Below are positions 49,474-59,595 of a stretch of 64,000 bases of DNA, one piece after another. A program made the position numbers and the translations under genes. How positions within the stretch are numbered: position 1 is the stretch's first letter; every line of letters starts with the position of its first letter. The DNA comes from Clostridiales bacterium. GTDB taxonomy: Bacteria > Bacillota > Clostridia > Saccharofermentanales > Saccharofermentanaceae. The DNA lies in assembly GCA_017513085.1 (NCBI GenBank), contig JAFWDK010000009.1, positions 85,772 through 149,771 of the forward strand, written 5' to 3'. The notes below the pieces were generated by a model, which saw only the letters and a list, made by a program, of their open reading frames with translations, was not told the DNA's origin and did no database searches.

Positions 49474-52011
49474 ATGGGAGTTGTACTGAAACACACATTT
49501 AAGAATATATGGTCCAAGAAGCTCCGGACCCTGATGCTTCTGGTCTGCATCATCATGGCGAGTTTTGTCGGAGCATTGTCGTTTGATATGACTAACTCGT
49601 TAAAGAACATTCTCCGTTATGGATTTGCATCCATGTTCGGGGACGGAAACGTTATCGTCTCCAACAGCGCCGGCATCGACGAGAGTTCTTTTGCCGGAAC
49701 AGAAGGATACGATTATGACCTGGTGAAAGTGGCAGCAGGGAATTCGAAAGTCTATAAGCGTGATGACGAGATGTATGCGTTTTTCAATGAGAAGACGTTG
49801 AAGATCTTCGGTGCGGATCCGGATGCACTGAATGTACAGAAAATGACGGCGAAGCCTGTCGAACTGAACGATGACGAGTGCATCATCAGCAAAAAGTACG
49901 CCGAAGACTTTGATCTCAAGGCCGGTGACAAAACGATCATCTACGGAGACAACAGTGTACCGGTTGAGTTTACGGTCAAAGAGATCCAGCCGTATTACGG
50001 TATTCTCGACAGTGGGTACTGCGCACTTCTGACCGAAGGCGGGATCAAGAAACTTTCCTACAACGGCGATATCACATACTATATGGCATATTGCAAAGTT
50101 CACGATGAAAGTGTTTTGAATGATTTCTGTCAGATCCTGAAAGAGAATATGCCGACGGCGACAGTAGAGAATCTGGTGTCCGGACATATGGTTACATCTC
50201 AGATCGCCTCGATCACAGCTGTATTCTACATCATTTTTGCGATCTGCATTCTTTTGGTCGTATTCGTTACGATCTCACTTTCCGAACGTATCATGGTCGA
50301 GAGAATGTCCACGATCGGAACGCTCCGAAGTCTGGGCGTGTCGGTGAGAATGACCACCATGATCGTTCTTTTGGAAAATGCACTTTACGGCCTGATCGGT
50401 AGTGTGATCGGAACAGCGATATACGCAGCTATAAGAGACCCGCTCTTTAACAGCATGTTTACTATTAATTCCGGAAGCGACATCGATCTGGAAATGAATC
50501 TTGGAAGTATCTCGCTGGTGACTATGGCCTGCGTTATTCTGGGAACGATCCTGATCGAGTGCCTCTGTCCGATCAAAGAACTGCTCCGTTCGGTAAAAAC
50601 ACCGATCCGTGACATCATCTTCGATAACAAGGATACAGAATTCAAGTACACGAAGAAGAGCCTGGTCGTTTCTGTTCTTTTTGCCATCATCGGCCTTCCG
50701 CTGGTCGTCGCAGGTATGCATTCCATGTCGGATAACGCCCTGGTCCTTGCAGGAGGAGTATTCTTTACCATCACAGCGCTCTTCCTCGGCTATCCGCATC
50801 TGCTCCGTGCCATTTGCCGGGCGTCTGCGAAGTTCTTCGAAAAGAAGAATAAGCCGGTAGCCCAAATCGCTTGCGTACAGGCCTGCACAAAGAAAGCCAG
50901 TGTCGGTAACTCCCGACTCTGTGTCATGGCCGTAAGCATTTGCCTTTTGCTCCTTTCCTTGACACTGACCTATCAGGGTTTCATCGATCATCCGGAAGGA
51001 GATTGCGAGATCTATGTCAACGGCCTTTCGGAAAGCAGCGATAAGTACGAATTCATAAAAGATCTTCCTTCCGTCACGGAAACGGAACTCTTCTACATTC
51101 AGTACTCATCGGATATGGTAGTCGGTCATGAACGGATCGAAGAATACCTTTCCGCTGACCGTGTCAAAAATGATCCGGATTTTATGTTCGATCAGTACGA
51201 TGTGATCGGTGCGGACAAGGCATTCAAGTTAAACCGGATGATCGAGGATATGCCGGACCTGGTAGTCGGAAATGAAACTTACATTACCGACAAGATCGCA
51301 AGGACGCTCGATCTGAAAGCCGGCGACGAAGTGGAGATCCTCTTTAAGCCGACCAGCGTGATCCCGATCCGTGAAACTTTTGTGGTAAAAGGTATTATTA
51401 ATACTACCTGCCTGAATGCGTCGAATGCATCCTTCCTTTTTAGTGAAGACATGTATAAGAAGATCTACTTTGATACTCCGCAGTTATTGTTTGTTCGTTG
51501 CGGTGATCCGGAACAGGTCGTCGAGAAGATCAACAAATACGCGTCCAGCATGATCGATGAAGCCATGACGATGGAAGAACGCACAAAGCAGAATCAGGAA
51601 AACAATGCAGGACTTTCCACGGTGCTTTATCTCATGATCATCATGGGTGTCGGCCTGACACTGGTTGCAGTATTCAGTAATCAGACCGTCGGTTTTGAAG
51701 GAAGAAAGCGTGAATGCGCGGTGCTGATCTCCACAGCTATGAGCCGTGGCAAACTGAAAAAGTCTTTCCTGATCGAAAATGCACTCAGCTCCATCACCGC
51801 GATCCTGATCGGTGTCGGGGTGGCCATGATCCTGAACGGCAATTTCATCTACATCCTCCATTGTGCCGGAATGGAATTCCCGCTTGAGTACAAACTGGAT
51901 GTAGCCGCCGTCTTTGGCATCGCGATGTTCCTGGTATTTACCATGACCGTCGTCAACCCGATCCGCCACTTAAGAAAGATGAACACAGCCGAGCAGCTGA
52001 AGTACGAGTAA
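49474..52011 (+). CDS. ABC transporter permease (FtsX/MacB-like, duplicated)
   Basis: ERMSTIGTLRSLG and RKRECAVLISTAM motifs; two extracellular domains. Confidence 0.88.
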   Translation: MGVVLKHTFKNIWSKKLRTLMLLVCIIMASFVGALSFDMTNSLKNILRYGFASMFGDGNVIVSNSAGIDESSFAGTEGYDYDLVKVAAGNSKVYKRDDEMYAFFNEKTLKIFGADPDALNVQKMTAKPVELNDDECIISKKYAEDFDLKAGDKTIIYGDNSVPVEFTVKEIQPYYGILDSGYCALLTEGGIKKLSYNGDITYYMAYCKVHDESVLNDFCQILKENMPTATVENLVSGHMVTSQIASITAVFYIIFAICILLVVFVTISLSERIMVERMSTIGTLRSLGVSVRMTTMIVLLENALYGLIGSVIGTAIYAAIRDPLFNSMFTINSGSDIDLEMNLGSISLVTMACVILGTILIECLCPIKELLRSVKTPIRDIIFDNKDTEFKYTKKSLVVSVLFAIIGLPLVVAGMHSMSDNALVLAGGVFFTITALFLGYPHLLRAICRASAKFFEKKNKPVAQIACVQACTKKASVGNSRLCVMAVSICLLLLSLTLTYQGFIDHPEGDCEIYVNGLSESSDKYEFIKDLPSVTETELFYIQYSSDMVVGHERIEEYLSADRVKNDPDFMFDQYDVIGADKAFKLNRMIEDMPDLVVGNETYITDKIARTLDLKAGDEVEILFKPTSVIPIRETFVVKGIINTTCLNASNASFLFSEDMYKKIYFDTPQLLFVRCGDPEQVVEKINKYASSMIDEAMTMEERTKQNQENNAGLSTVLYLMIIMGVGLTLVAVFSNQTVGFEGRKRECAVLISTAMSRGKLKKSFLIENALSSITAILIGVGVAMILNGNFIYILHCAGMEFPLEYKLDVAAVFGIAMFLVFTMTVVNPIRHLRKMNTAEQLKYE

Positions 52012-52050
52012 TCGGAAAACACTACGAAAAGCATAGAAACACACGAGGTA

Positions 52051-52815
52051 ATGAATATGGAAAACATGATCGAAGTAAGAAATGTAAGTAAGTCTTTTGG
52101 CAAGAAGGGCGGCGCTATCACACAGGTGCTGAACGGCGCAGACCTCACAGTAGGAAAAGGCGAGTTCGTCTCCCTTATGGGTGCTTCCGGCTCCGGCAAA
52201 AGCACTCTCCTGTATCTGATCGGTGGTCTGGACAGGAGTTTCGACGGTGAGATCTGCATATGCGGTAACAGTATCAGAAAGATGAAAGAGAAGAAGCTTT
52301 CCGAGATCCGTCTCGGTAAGATCGGATTCATCTTCCAGTTCTATAATCTGGTGCAGAATCTGAACGTTGAGGACAACATCCTTCTGCCATCTTTGGTCGC
52401 CGGCCGTTCCCGGGCTTCTTTGAAAAAAGATCTGGACGAGATCCTGGAGATCACCGGTCTTACTGAAAAGAGAAAGCAGATGCCGAGTAAACTCTCCGGC
52501 GGTCAGCAGCAGCGTGTAGCGATTGCCCGAGCTATTATCAGCAACCCGCAGATCATTCTCGCGGACGAGGCAACTGGTAATCTGGACTCAAAGTCCGGAG
52601 CTGAGATCATGGAACTTTTCAGACGGATCAACCGGGAAAAGGGAATCACGATCCTTCAGGTCACACACTCTCAGAAATGTGCGGAATACGGAACGCGGAC
52701 CGTGGTTTTGGATAATGGAAAGACGGTCACCTCGCAATCGCTTCAGGTTGACCCGAATTCGGAGAGCGTGAGAAGAAAATTATCCTATCCGGTTTCTTCC
52801 GGGTTATATCGTTAA
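52051..52815 (+). CDS. ABC transporter ATP-binding protein (LolD/MacB-like)
   Basis: GASGSGKST, LSGGQQQRVAIARA, ADEATGNLD. Confidence 0.95.
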   Translation: MNMENMIEVRNVSKSFGKKGGAITQVLNGADLTVGKGEFVSLMGASGSGKSTLLYLIGGLDRSFDGEICICGNSIRKMKEKKLSEIRLGKIGFIFQFYNLVQNLNVEDNILLPSLVAGRSRASLKKDLDEILEITGLTEKRKQMPSKLSGGQQQRVAIARAIISNPQIILADEATGNLDSKSGAEIMELFRRINREKGITILQVTHSQKCAEYGTRTVVLDNGKTVTSQSLQVDPNSESVRRKLSYPVSSGLYR

Positions 52816-52862
52816 GCCGTTTCCTTGCGCCGCCCCTCACTTACGGCTGCAGGTAACGATAT

Positions 52863-52930
52863 AGAAGTGCCTCTTTCCGGCTTGGTTGACCGTGTATTCA
52901 CCTGACACGGCAAGCCGGAGAAGAGGTTCT
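52863..52930. terminator. Long bulged hairpin between convergent genes
   Basis: CCTCTTTCCGGCTTG ... CAAGCCGGAGAAGAGG with inner CCGTGT/ACACGG. Confidence 0.65.
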
Positions 52931-52932
52931 TT

Positions 52933-54354
52933 TTACGCGTGGAGTTTTCTTTTGACTACGCAATAGTAAGTGAAAAGAACGACGAAGGTCAAAAACCACG
53001 AAATCGGATAGGACAAAAGCAGGATCTGATATGCCTTGATGCCGCTCATAGTGTTTTTATAGTGGGCAAATACCGTATAGACCCAGACCAGTCGTAATCC
53101 GCAACTGCCGATAATAGTTGCGACCATCGGGAAGAAAGAACGCTTGATACCTCGGAGTATACCGGAGCCGCAATCCATAAGTCCGCAAAGAAAATCCGGG
53201 ACTACGAGGACCAGCATACGGGCCATACCGAATTCGATACTGTCCGGTGAATTAGGAAGATAGATCTTCAGAAGCGGCGTACCGAGAAGATATGCCAGTA
53301 CACCGAGAGAAAGACCGATGGTGGTTATGGATAGCAGTGTGGAACGATAGATCGCATTCAGACGGTCAAACTTTCTGGCTCCGTAATTCTGTCCGGCAAA
53401 TGTCATGCATCCTTGTGTGAATGAGTTCATCCCGGCATAAATAAATGAGTCGATGTTCATGCAGGCACTGTTTCCGGCCGTGCACGAAGTGCCGAGAGAG
53501 TTTACGGAAGACTGGATGATCACGTTGGAAAAAGAGAAGAGCGTGTTTTGAAAACCGACCGGTAAACCCAGCTTCAGGATCTTTCCCAACGGCTTGGCGT
53601 GAATGCGGAGTTCGAATAGGAAGATCCGGCATTCTCCATCAAGACGGAAAAGTGAATTGCTCATCAATATGGCGGACAGGACCTGAGAAGCGACGGTTGC
53701 AATAGCGACACCTGCAACGCCAAGCCCGAATCCGGCAACGAGAATGAGATTTAAGATCACGTTCACAACGCCGGACAAAGTCAGATAGATCAACGGACGC
53801 CGGGTATCTCCGGTTGCAACGATAATAGCACGTCCGAATGTATAGATCATGAAAAACGGACTACCGATAAAGTAGATCCGGAGATATGTGGTCGCCTGGT
53901 CGATCGAGTCCGCTGTCGTCCCCATCCATTCCAGAAATGTTCTGGCAAAGATCGTCCCGATGATACAGGTAAAGATTCCGAACACGATACCCAGAGTAAA
54001 AATGGTATGAGTCAGATCATGGATCTTTTCTTTCTGTCCGGCTCCAAGTACGGACGCCAGTACGACCGTTGCGCCGAGAGAAACGCCGACAAAGAGATTG
54101 ATCAGAAGATTGATCAGAGGTGCGCAGGAACCGACGGCCGCTACGGCTGTCCGGTCGACAAACTGGCCGACGACGGCGATGTCTGCCGCATTAAAAAGAA
54201 GCTGAAGGATCTGCGTAAGTGCGATCGGTACGCTATACAAGATCAGGGGGAGAAGGACCGGACCATTGAGCATGTCAACATTAAGGCTTCTGTTTCCTCG
54301 ATGGAGACGAAGCCGCTCGGATCCGGTTTTGCGTTGTAGATTATCTTTCGACAT
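52933..54354 (-). CDS. MATE family efflux transporter
   Basis: LQLLFNAADIAVVGQF, GDTRRPL, GVAGVAIATVASQ. Confidence 0.93.
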   Translation of the reverse strand: MSKDNLQRKTGSERLRLHRGNRSLNVDMLNGPVLLPLILYSVPIALTQILQLLFNAADIAVVGQFVDRTAVAAVGSCAPLINLLINLFVGVSLGATVVLASVLGAGQKEKIHDLTHTIFTLGIVFGIFTCIIGTIFARTFLEWMGTTADSIDQATTYLRIYFIGSPFFMIYTFGRAIIVATGDTRRPLIYLTLSGVVNVILNLILVAGFGLGVAGVAIATVASQVLSAILMSNSLFRLDGECRIFLFELRIHAKPLGKILKLGLPVGFQNTLFSFSNVIIQSSVNSLGTSCTAGNSACMNIDSFIYAGMNSFTQGCMTFAGQNYGARKFDRLNAIYRSTLLSITTIGLSLGVLAYLLGTPLLKIYLPNSPDSIEFGMARMLVLVVPDFLCGLMDCGSGILRGIKRSFFPMVATIIGSCGLRLVWVYTVFAHYKNTMSGIKAYQILLLSYPISWFLTFVVLFTYYCVVKRKLHA

Positions 54355-54479
54355 AAAAAAACTTTCCCATTCTGATCATAGGAGCAATTTTACCATGACG
54401 AATGGGAAAGTGATCTTATAAATGCGTTGTGCAATTGCCAGAAATCAATAACCGTAGAAACGACTTTCCAGCATATTGC

Positions 54480-55169
54480 TTAGTGCATGATGACCTGCTT
54501 GGTGCCGCAGTAAGGACAATAAGTCTCGGTACGGCTGTCGTTGATCTCCTGCGTTGCCCCGCATCCCGGGCACTTAAGTGTCACGACGCGGGCGCGTCCG
54601 GCAAACTGCTCGTTCATATTTCCACCGGGGAACCCTTGCTTACCATAGATATAATTCTGGAAGACCATCATGGCTTTTCTTTCGTTCTCCGTTACACCGT
54701 CTGTGATCTCAGCGATACGCTGCATATCTGCCTGAAGCTGGTTCAGTGTATCCAGATTAAGATTATTAAGGTATTTCTCGACACTCAGAAAACTGGTGGA
54801 AGTATCGGAAGCAATCTTCTGAAGTTCGCTTCGGAAAGACGGGGAAGCGTTCGGATTGTTCAGAAGGCTGGAACACATATAATCCAGATCTCTTTGTTCG
54901 TCAGGAGAAATGTAACCGTCTGATTTCGCGATGTAGTAGCAAAGTGCAATACGTGCAAGTGCAATGTTTGCGATGTAAGCACCATTGGAACCGGATCTTG
55001 AAGCGGCATTTTCAGCCGGCAGAAAATTTCCGGCGGGAGCATATGCCTGCCTTTGTGAATTCGTCATCAGATTGGAAATCAGTGCCGCGCCGGCGCCTAC
55101 TGCCAAACCACCGAAAACGTCTCTTGTTACGGAATGCATTGCCGATCTTAATAACATTTTGCCAAGCAT
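54480..55169 (-). CDS. TerB-like domain protein with Gly-rich N-terminal helix and C-terminal Zn ribbon
   Basis: IAKSDGYISPDE and IAEITDGVTENE (paired TerB acidic motifs); CPGCG..CPYCG. Confidence 0.72.
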   Translation of the reverse strand: MLGKMLLRSAMHSVTRDVFGGLAVGAGAALISNLMTNSQRQAYAPAGNFLPAENAASRSGSNGAYIANIALARIALCYYIAKSDGYISPDEQRDLDYMCSSLLNNPNASPSFRSELQKIASDTSTSFLSVEKYLNNLNLDTLNQLQADMQRIAEITDGVTENERKAMMVFQNYIYGKQGFPGGNMNEQFAGRARVVTLKCPGCGATQEINDSRTETYCPYCGTKQVIMH

Positions 55170-55379
55170 ATTTTTGCTCCTTATTCTCGATTGACCATGT
55201 ATGATCAATTTGCCGTTTTTATTGATTATAAAAGAGCTTGGATAAGAATTGAAGTGTTATGTGTGAAAAATAGGCATAAGTATTTTTAGTGAGAAATGAA
55301 AATCAGTTTGTCATAATCATGAAAATTGTGTATAATCACTTTGTCCATTGAATTTTCATAATAATCAAGGGGGATTTGT

Positions 55380-56273
55380 ATGAAAGGCATTATTCTGGCA
55401 GGTGGTACTGCCACGCGCTTGTTTCCTGCTACCACGGTAATCAGTAAACAGCTTCTTCCGATTTACGATAAACCTCTCATTTACTATCCGCTTTCTATTC
55501 TGATGTTGGCCAATATCAGGGAGATCCTTGTCATTTCGACACCAAGAGATCTGCCTTTCTACGAAACTTTACTCGGAGATGGTTCCCGCCTTGGTATTAC
55601 ACTTCAGTATAAAGTCCAGGAAAAACCCCGTGGACTTGCGGACGCTTTTATTATCGGCGAAGACTTCATTGGCGATGACAGCGTTTGCCTTATCCTTGGA
55701 GATAATGTATTCTATGGTGCGACGATTTCAAAAGCTCTGGCGAAAGCTGTAGATTCCGTTAAAGACGGAGGTGCAGCTGTTTTCGGATATTATATGAAAG
55801 ATCCGACGGCTTTTGGTGTGGTTGAATTTGATAAGAACATGAAGGCAATTTCGATTGAAGAGAAGCCGAAGGAACCGAAGTCTCACTATATCGTTCCGGG
55901 CCTGTACTTCTATGACAACAATGTTGTTGAGTATGCGAAGAATGTGAAACCTTCTGCCCGTGGAGAGATCGAGATCTCATCTTTGAACTCCATTTATCTG
56001 GAGAAGGGCGAGCTGAACGTTTCCGTTATCGGTCGAGGTGTTTCCTGGTTCGATACAGGAACGCCGAAGGGCATGCACAGAGCAAGTGGTTTTGTAAAGA
56101 CCATGCAGGAACTTCAGGGTTTCTATGTTTCTTGTATCGAAGAGATTGCCTGGAGAAGGAAATTTATTACTACCGAACAGCTCAAGAAGCTGGGCGAGGA
56201 GTTAAAGAAATCTGAATACGGTCAGTACATCTTGTCCCTGACAGAAGGAAAAAACGAAGAGGTTGAGTTCTAA
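55380..56273 (+). CDS. rfbA: Glucose-1-phosphate thymidylyltransferase
   Basis: GIILAGG, SKQLLPIYDKP, EEKP, RGEIEI, WFDTGT. Confidence 0.96.
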   Translation: MKGIILAGGTATRLFPATTVISKQLLPIYDKPLIYYPLSILMLANIREILVISTPRDLPFYETLLGDGSRLGITLQYKVQEKPRGLADAFIIGEDFIGDDSVCLILGDNVFYGATISKALAKAVDSVKDGGAAVFGYYMKDPTAFGVVEFDKNMKAISIEEKPKEPKSHYIVPGLYFYDNNVVEYAKNVKPSARGEIEISSLNSIYLEKGELNVSVIGRGVSWFDTGTPKGMHRASGFVKTMQELQGFYVSCIEEIAWRRKFITTEQLKKLGEELKKSEYGQYILSLTEGKNEEVEF

Positions 56274-57310
56274 TGATTATTGTAGTTACCGGTGGCGCTG
56301 GATTTATTGGTTCAAATTTTGTTTATCACATGCTCAAAGAGCATCCCGATTACAGGATAATTTGTTTGGACAAACTAACATACGCCGGGAATATGTCTAC
56401 ATTAGCACCGATCATGGATAACCCGAATTTCCGTTTCGTGAAAGCGGACATTTGTGACCGTGAAGCAGTATTTGCACTTTTTGAGGAAGAGAGACCGGAG
56501 ATCGTAGTAAACTTTGCTGCAGAATCTCACGTCGACCGCTCTATCGAGGATCCGGGAATCTTCCTGACGACCAATATTTTAGGAACACAGGTCCTCATGG
56601 ATGCTTGCCGCATGTTGATGGGCAAGGAAAACAGCACATTTAAGAGATATCATCAGGTTTCCACGGACGAAGTATATGGAGATCTTCCGCTTGACCGTCC
56701 TGATCTGATGTTTACCGAGACAACTCCAATCCATACCAGTAGCCCGTATAGCAGCTCCAAGGCTGGCGCGGATCTTCTGGTCATGGCATATAACAGAACT
56801 TACGGACTTCCTGTAACGATCAGCCGTTGCTCCAACAACTATGGTCCGTATCACTTCCCGGAGAAATTGATTCCGTTGATGATCATCAATGCCCTGCATG
56901 ATGAGTCCCTGCCTGTATACGGCGATGGTTTGAATGTCCGCGACTGGCTTTATGTTGAAGATCACTGCAAAGCAATCGATAAGATCATTCATGACGGACG
57001 CGTAGGTGAGGTGTACAACGTCGGCGGTCATAACGAGATGGCCAATATTGACATTGTAAAGCTGATCCTGGCTGAACTTGGTAAGCCGGAATCTCTCATC
57101 AAGTATGTCGAAGACAGACATGGTCATGACAGAAGATACGCGATCGATCCTACAAAGATCTCCACAGAACTTGGCTGGACACCGGAAACAAAGTTTGCCG
57201 ATGGTATCAAGAAGACGATCCACTGGTATCTTGAGAACCAGGATTGGTGGCAGCCGATCATTGATGGAGAGTATCAGGACTATTACGAGAAGATGTACGC
57301 CAATAAATAA
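56273..57310 (+). CDS. rfbB: dTDP-glucose 4,6-dehydratase
   Basis: TGGAGFIG, AAESHVDRS, STDEVYG, YSSSK. Confidence 0.97.
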   Translation: MIIVVTGGAGFIGSNFVYHMLKEHPDYRIICLDKLTYAGNMSTLAPIMDNPNFRFVKADICDREAVFALFEEERPEIVVNFAAESHVDRSIEDPGIFLTTNILGTQVLMDACRMLMGKENSTFKRYHQVSTDEVYGDLPLDRPDLMFTETTPIHTSSPYSSSKAGADLLVMAYNRTYGLPVTISRCSNNYGPYHFPEKLIPLMIINALHDESLPVYGDGLNVRDWLYVEDHCKAIDKIIHDGRVGEVYNVGGHNEMANIDIVKLILAELGKPESLIKYVEDRHGHDRRYAIDPTKISTELGWTPETKFADGIKKTIHWYLENQDWWQPIIDGEYQDYYEKMYANK

Positions 57311-57462
57311 TCCGGCCGATTTCTCTTTTTCTTGTCAAGATTAACAGTTTTGCAAGTGAAAACCACCTTGCTTTTGTTTCGAATATGTTTTTTTCAGAGG
57401 TGACATATTCGGAATATATGGTACAATTTATTAGAATATATAAATAGCAAGGGGTTAAGTCT

Positions 57463-58593
57463 ATGATTCCATTCAACAAAGCTTCGATTACTGATCTTGA
57501 GGTAAAATATGTAACAGATGCTCTTCTTAACAGCAAGAGTTCGGGTGATGGTCCGTATACTCTTAAAGTATATGAAGAGTTTAAGAAGAGATTCGGCATT
57601 GAGAATATGCTTTTAACCACATCAGGAACGACCGCTTTGGAAATGGCTGCGATCCTTGCAGACCTTCAGCCCGGAGATGAAGTAATCGTTCCTTCTTTTA
57701 CGTTTTCTTCCACAGCTAATTCCTTTATGCTTCGTGGCGCTAAGCCGATCTTCTGCGATGTCAGAAGAGATACGATGAATATGGATGAAAACTTGATCGA
57801 GGGTCTTATTACCCCTAAGACAAAGGCTATTTTCCCTGTAGATTATGCCGGCATTCCGTGTGAGATGGATACTATTAATGAAATTGCCAAGAAGCACGGA
57901 CTTCTGGTAATTGAGGATGCTGCTCAGGCAGTCGGCTCCCGTTATAAGGGCAGAGTTGCCGGCACACTGGCACCGTTCGGATGCTACAGCTTCCATGAGA
58001 CAAAGAATTACGTAATGGGTGAGGGCGGTGCGATCGTCATTAACGATGCTTCTTATCTTGACAGAGCCGAGATCATTCGTGAGAAAGGTACCAACCGCCG
58101 TCAGGTATTGAAGGGCATGGTAGATAAGTACACATGGCATGATATCGGTTCTTCTTTCCTGCCGTCTGACATTCTTGCTGCAATCATGTATGCACAGATG
58201 CAGCGCTTCGATGAGATCATGGAGAAGAGAATGATGGTATGGAATACATATCAAACCGAACTTGTTGAATTAGAGAATAAGGAAAAACTGATCAGACAAT
58301 TCCTGCCTGACAACGTTGAGCACAATGCACATATGTATAACATCATCCTGCCTTCCGACAAGATCAGAACGGACCTTGTTGCGAAGTTGAAAGAACAGGG
58401 CGTATATGCATATATTTGCTATGTACCGCTTCATTCTTCCCCGCTTGGCAAGAAGCTCGGATATCGTCCGGAACAGTGTCCGGTAACAGAAGACTACGGC
58501 GAGCGTGTTCTCCGTCTGCCGCTTTACGCTGACATGACGAAGGAAGATGCTTTGAAGGTAGTTGAACTTGTAAGGGATATTCTTACCAAATAA
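57463..58593 (+). CDS. rffA: dTDP-4-amino-4,6-dideoxyhexose transaminase (WecE/RffA-like)
   Basis: SGDGPYT, EDAAQA, SFHETKN (PLP Lys), REKGTNR, VDKYTW. Confidence 0.88.
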   Translation: MIPFNKASITDLEVKYVTDALLNSKSSGDGPYTLKVYEEFKKRFGIENMLLTTSGTTALEMAAILADLQPGDEVIVPSFTFSSTANSFMLRGAKPIFCDVRRDTMNMDENLIEGLITPKTKAIFPVDYAGIPCEMDTINEIAKKHGLLVIEDAAQAVGSRYKGRVAGTLAPFGCYSFHETKNYVMGEGGAIVINDASYLDRAEIIREKGTNRRQVLKGMVDKYTWHDIGSSFLPSDILAAIMYAQMQRFDEIMEKRMMVWNTYQTELVELENKEKLIRQFLPDNVEHNAHMYNIILPSDKIRTDLVAKLKEQGVYAYICYVPLHSSPLGKKLGYRPEQCPVTEDYGERVLRLPLYADMTKEDALKVVELVRDILTK

Positions 58594-58614
58594 TTCATTT
58601 ACAGTGAGGTTATT

Positions 58615-59580
58615 ATGATCAGATTAGGGATCGTGGGATGCGCCGAAATCGCTTATCGACGTTTTATGCCGGCTGCACTTCAGGTGGAAGGCCTGGAAGT
58701 GAAAGCTATCGCAGAAGAATATGACCGCTCGAAACTGCAGAATTTCTGTAACGAGTATGGCCTTGAGGCAGCAGAAAGTTTCGATGAACTGATTGCACGT
58801 GATGATATCGACGCTCTCTATATTCCGCAACCGCCGGCCCTGCATTATAAATGGGCAAAGAGGGCTCTTGAGGCCGGTAAACATGTTCTGATCGAGAAGC
58901 CATCTACGACTTCTTTTAACGATACTGCTGATCTTGTGGATACGGCCCGTGCGAAGGGACTCGCGCTTCACGAGAATTATATGTTTGCATATCATTCACA
59001 GATCTCCGATATTCAGAAAATGATCCGTGACGGAGAAATCGGTGATGTCCGTCTGATCTCCGCAAATTTCGGTTTCCCGATGCGTGCGCAGAATGATTTC
59101 CGATATAATAAAGCTCTTGGTGGCGGCGCTCTGCTTGATGCGGGCGGATACACGCTGAAACTGGCGACGGTTCTCCTTGGTGATACGATCAAGGTCGATT
59201 CAGCCCATCTTTTGTCGATGAAAGGATTTGAAGTGGATATGTACGGTAATGCATCCGTGTCGAACGATGACGGTCTTGTCTGTCACCTCGGTTTCGGTAT
59301 GGATTGCGGATACAGATGCTCTCTGGAAGTATGGGGAAGCAAAGGCCGTTTGTTTACCAATCGTATTTTTACCGCTCCGGAAACATTGGAGCCGGTCGTA
59401 TTGATCGAGACAGGCGACGGATCGAAGGAAATCAAGCTGAATAAAGATATGCACTTTAAGCATTCTATTGAGGGTTTCGTGAACGAGATCAGTTCAGAAG
59501 AAGCAAGAAATAAGATGTACGATGGCATTCTTCTGCAGTCCAAACTTGTGGAAGATGTGCGTATTCTTGCAGAAAAATAA
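58615..59580 (+). CDS. Gfo/Idh/MocA oxidoreductase, NDP-hexose 3-ketoreductase-like
   Basis: GCAEIAYRRFMPA, EKP, LGGGALLDAGGY; adjacent to the 2,3-dehydratase. Confidence 0.82.
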   Translation: MIRLGIVGCAEIAYRRFMPAALQVEGLEVKAIAEEYDRSKLQNFCNEYGLEAAESFDELIARDDIDALYIPQPPALHYKWAKRALEAGKHVLIEKPSTTSFNDTADLVDTARAKGLALHENYMFAYHSQISDIQKMIRDGEIGDVRLISANFGFPMRAQNDFRYNKALGGGALLDAGGYTLKLATVLLGDTIKVDSAHLLSMKGFEVDMYGNASVSNDDGLVCHLGFGMDCGYRCSLEVWGSKGRLFTNRIFTAPETLEPVVLIETGDGSKEIKLNKDMHFKHSIEGFVNEISSEEARNKMYDGILLQSKLVEDVRILAEK

Positions 59581-59595
59581 GGAGTCGCATATCTC

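Noticed and set aside
52720-52815. Non-conserved C-terminal tail of the ABC ATPase
   Set aside because: Probably neutral stop-codon drift; no motif
54361-54411. 12-bp inverted repeat just upstream of the MATE start as an attenuator
   Set aside because: Adequately explained as the terminator of the upstream TerB-like gene; cannot support more
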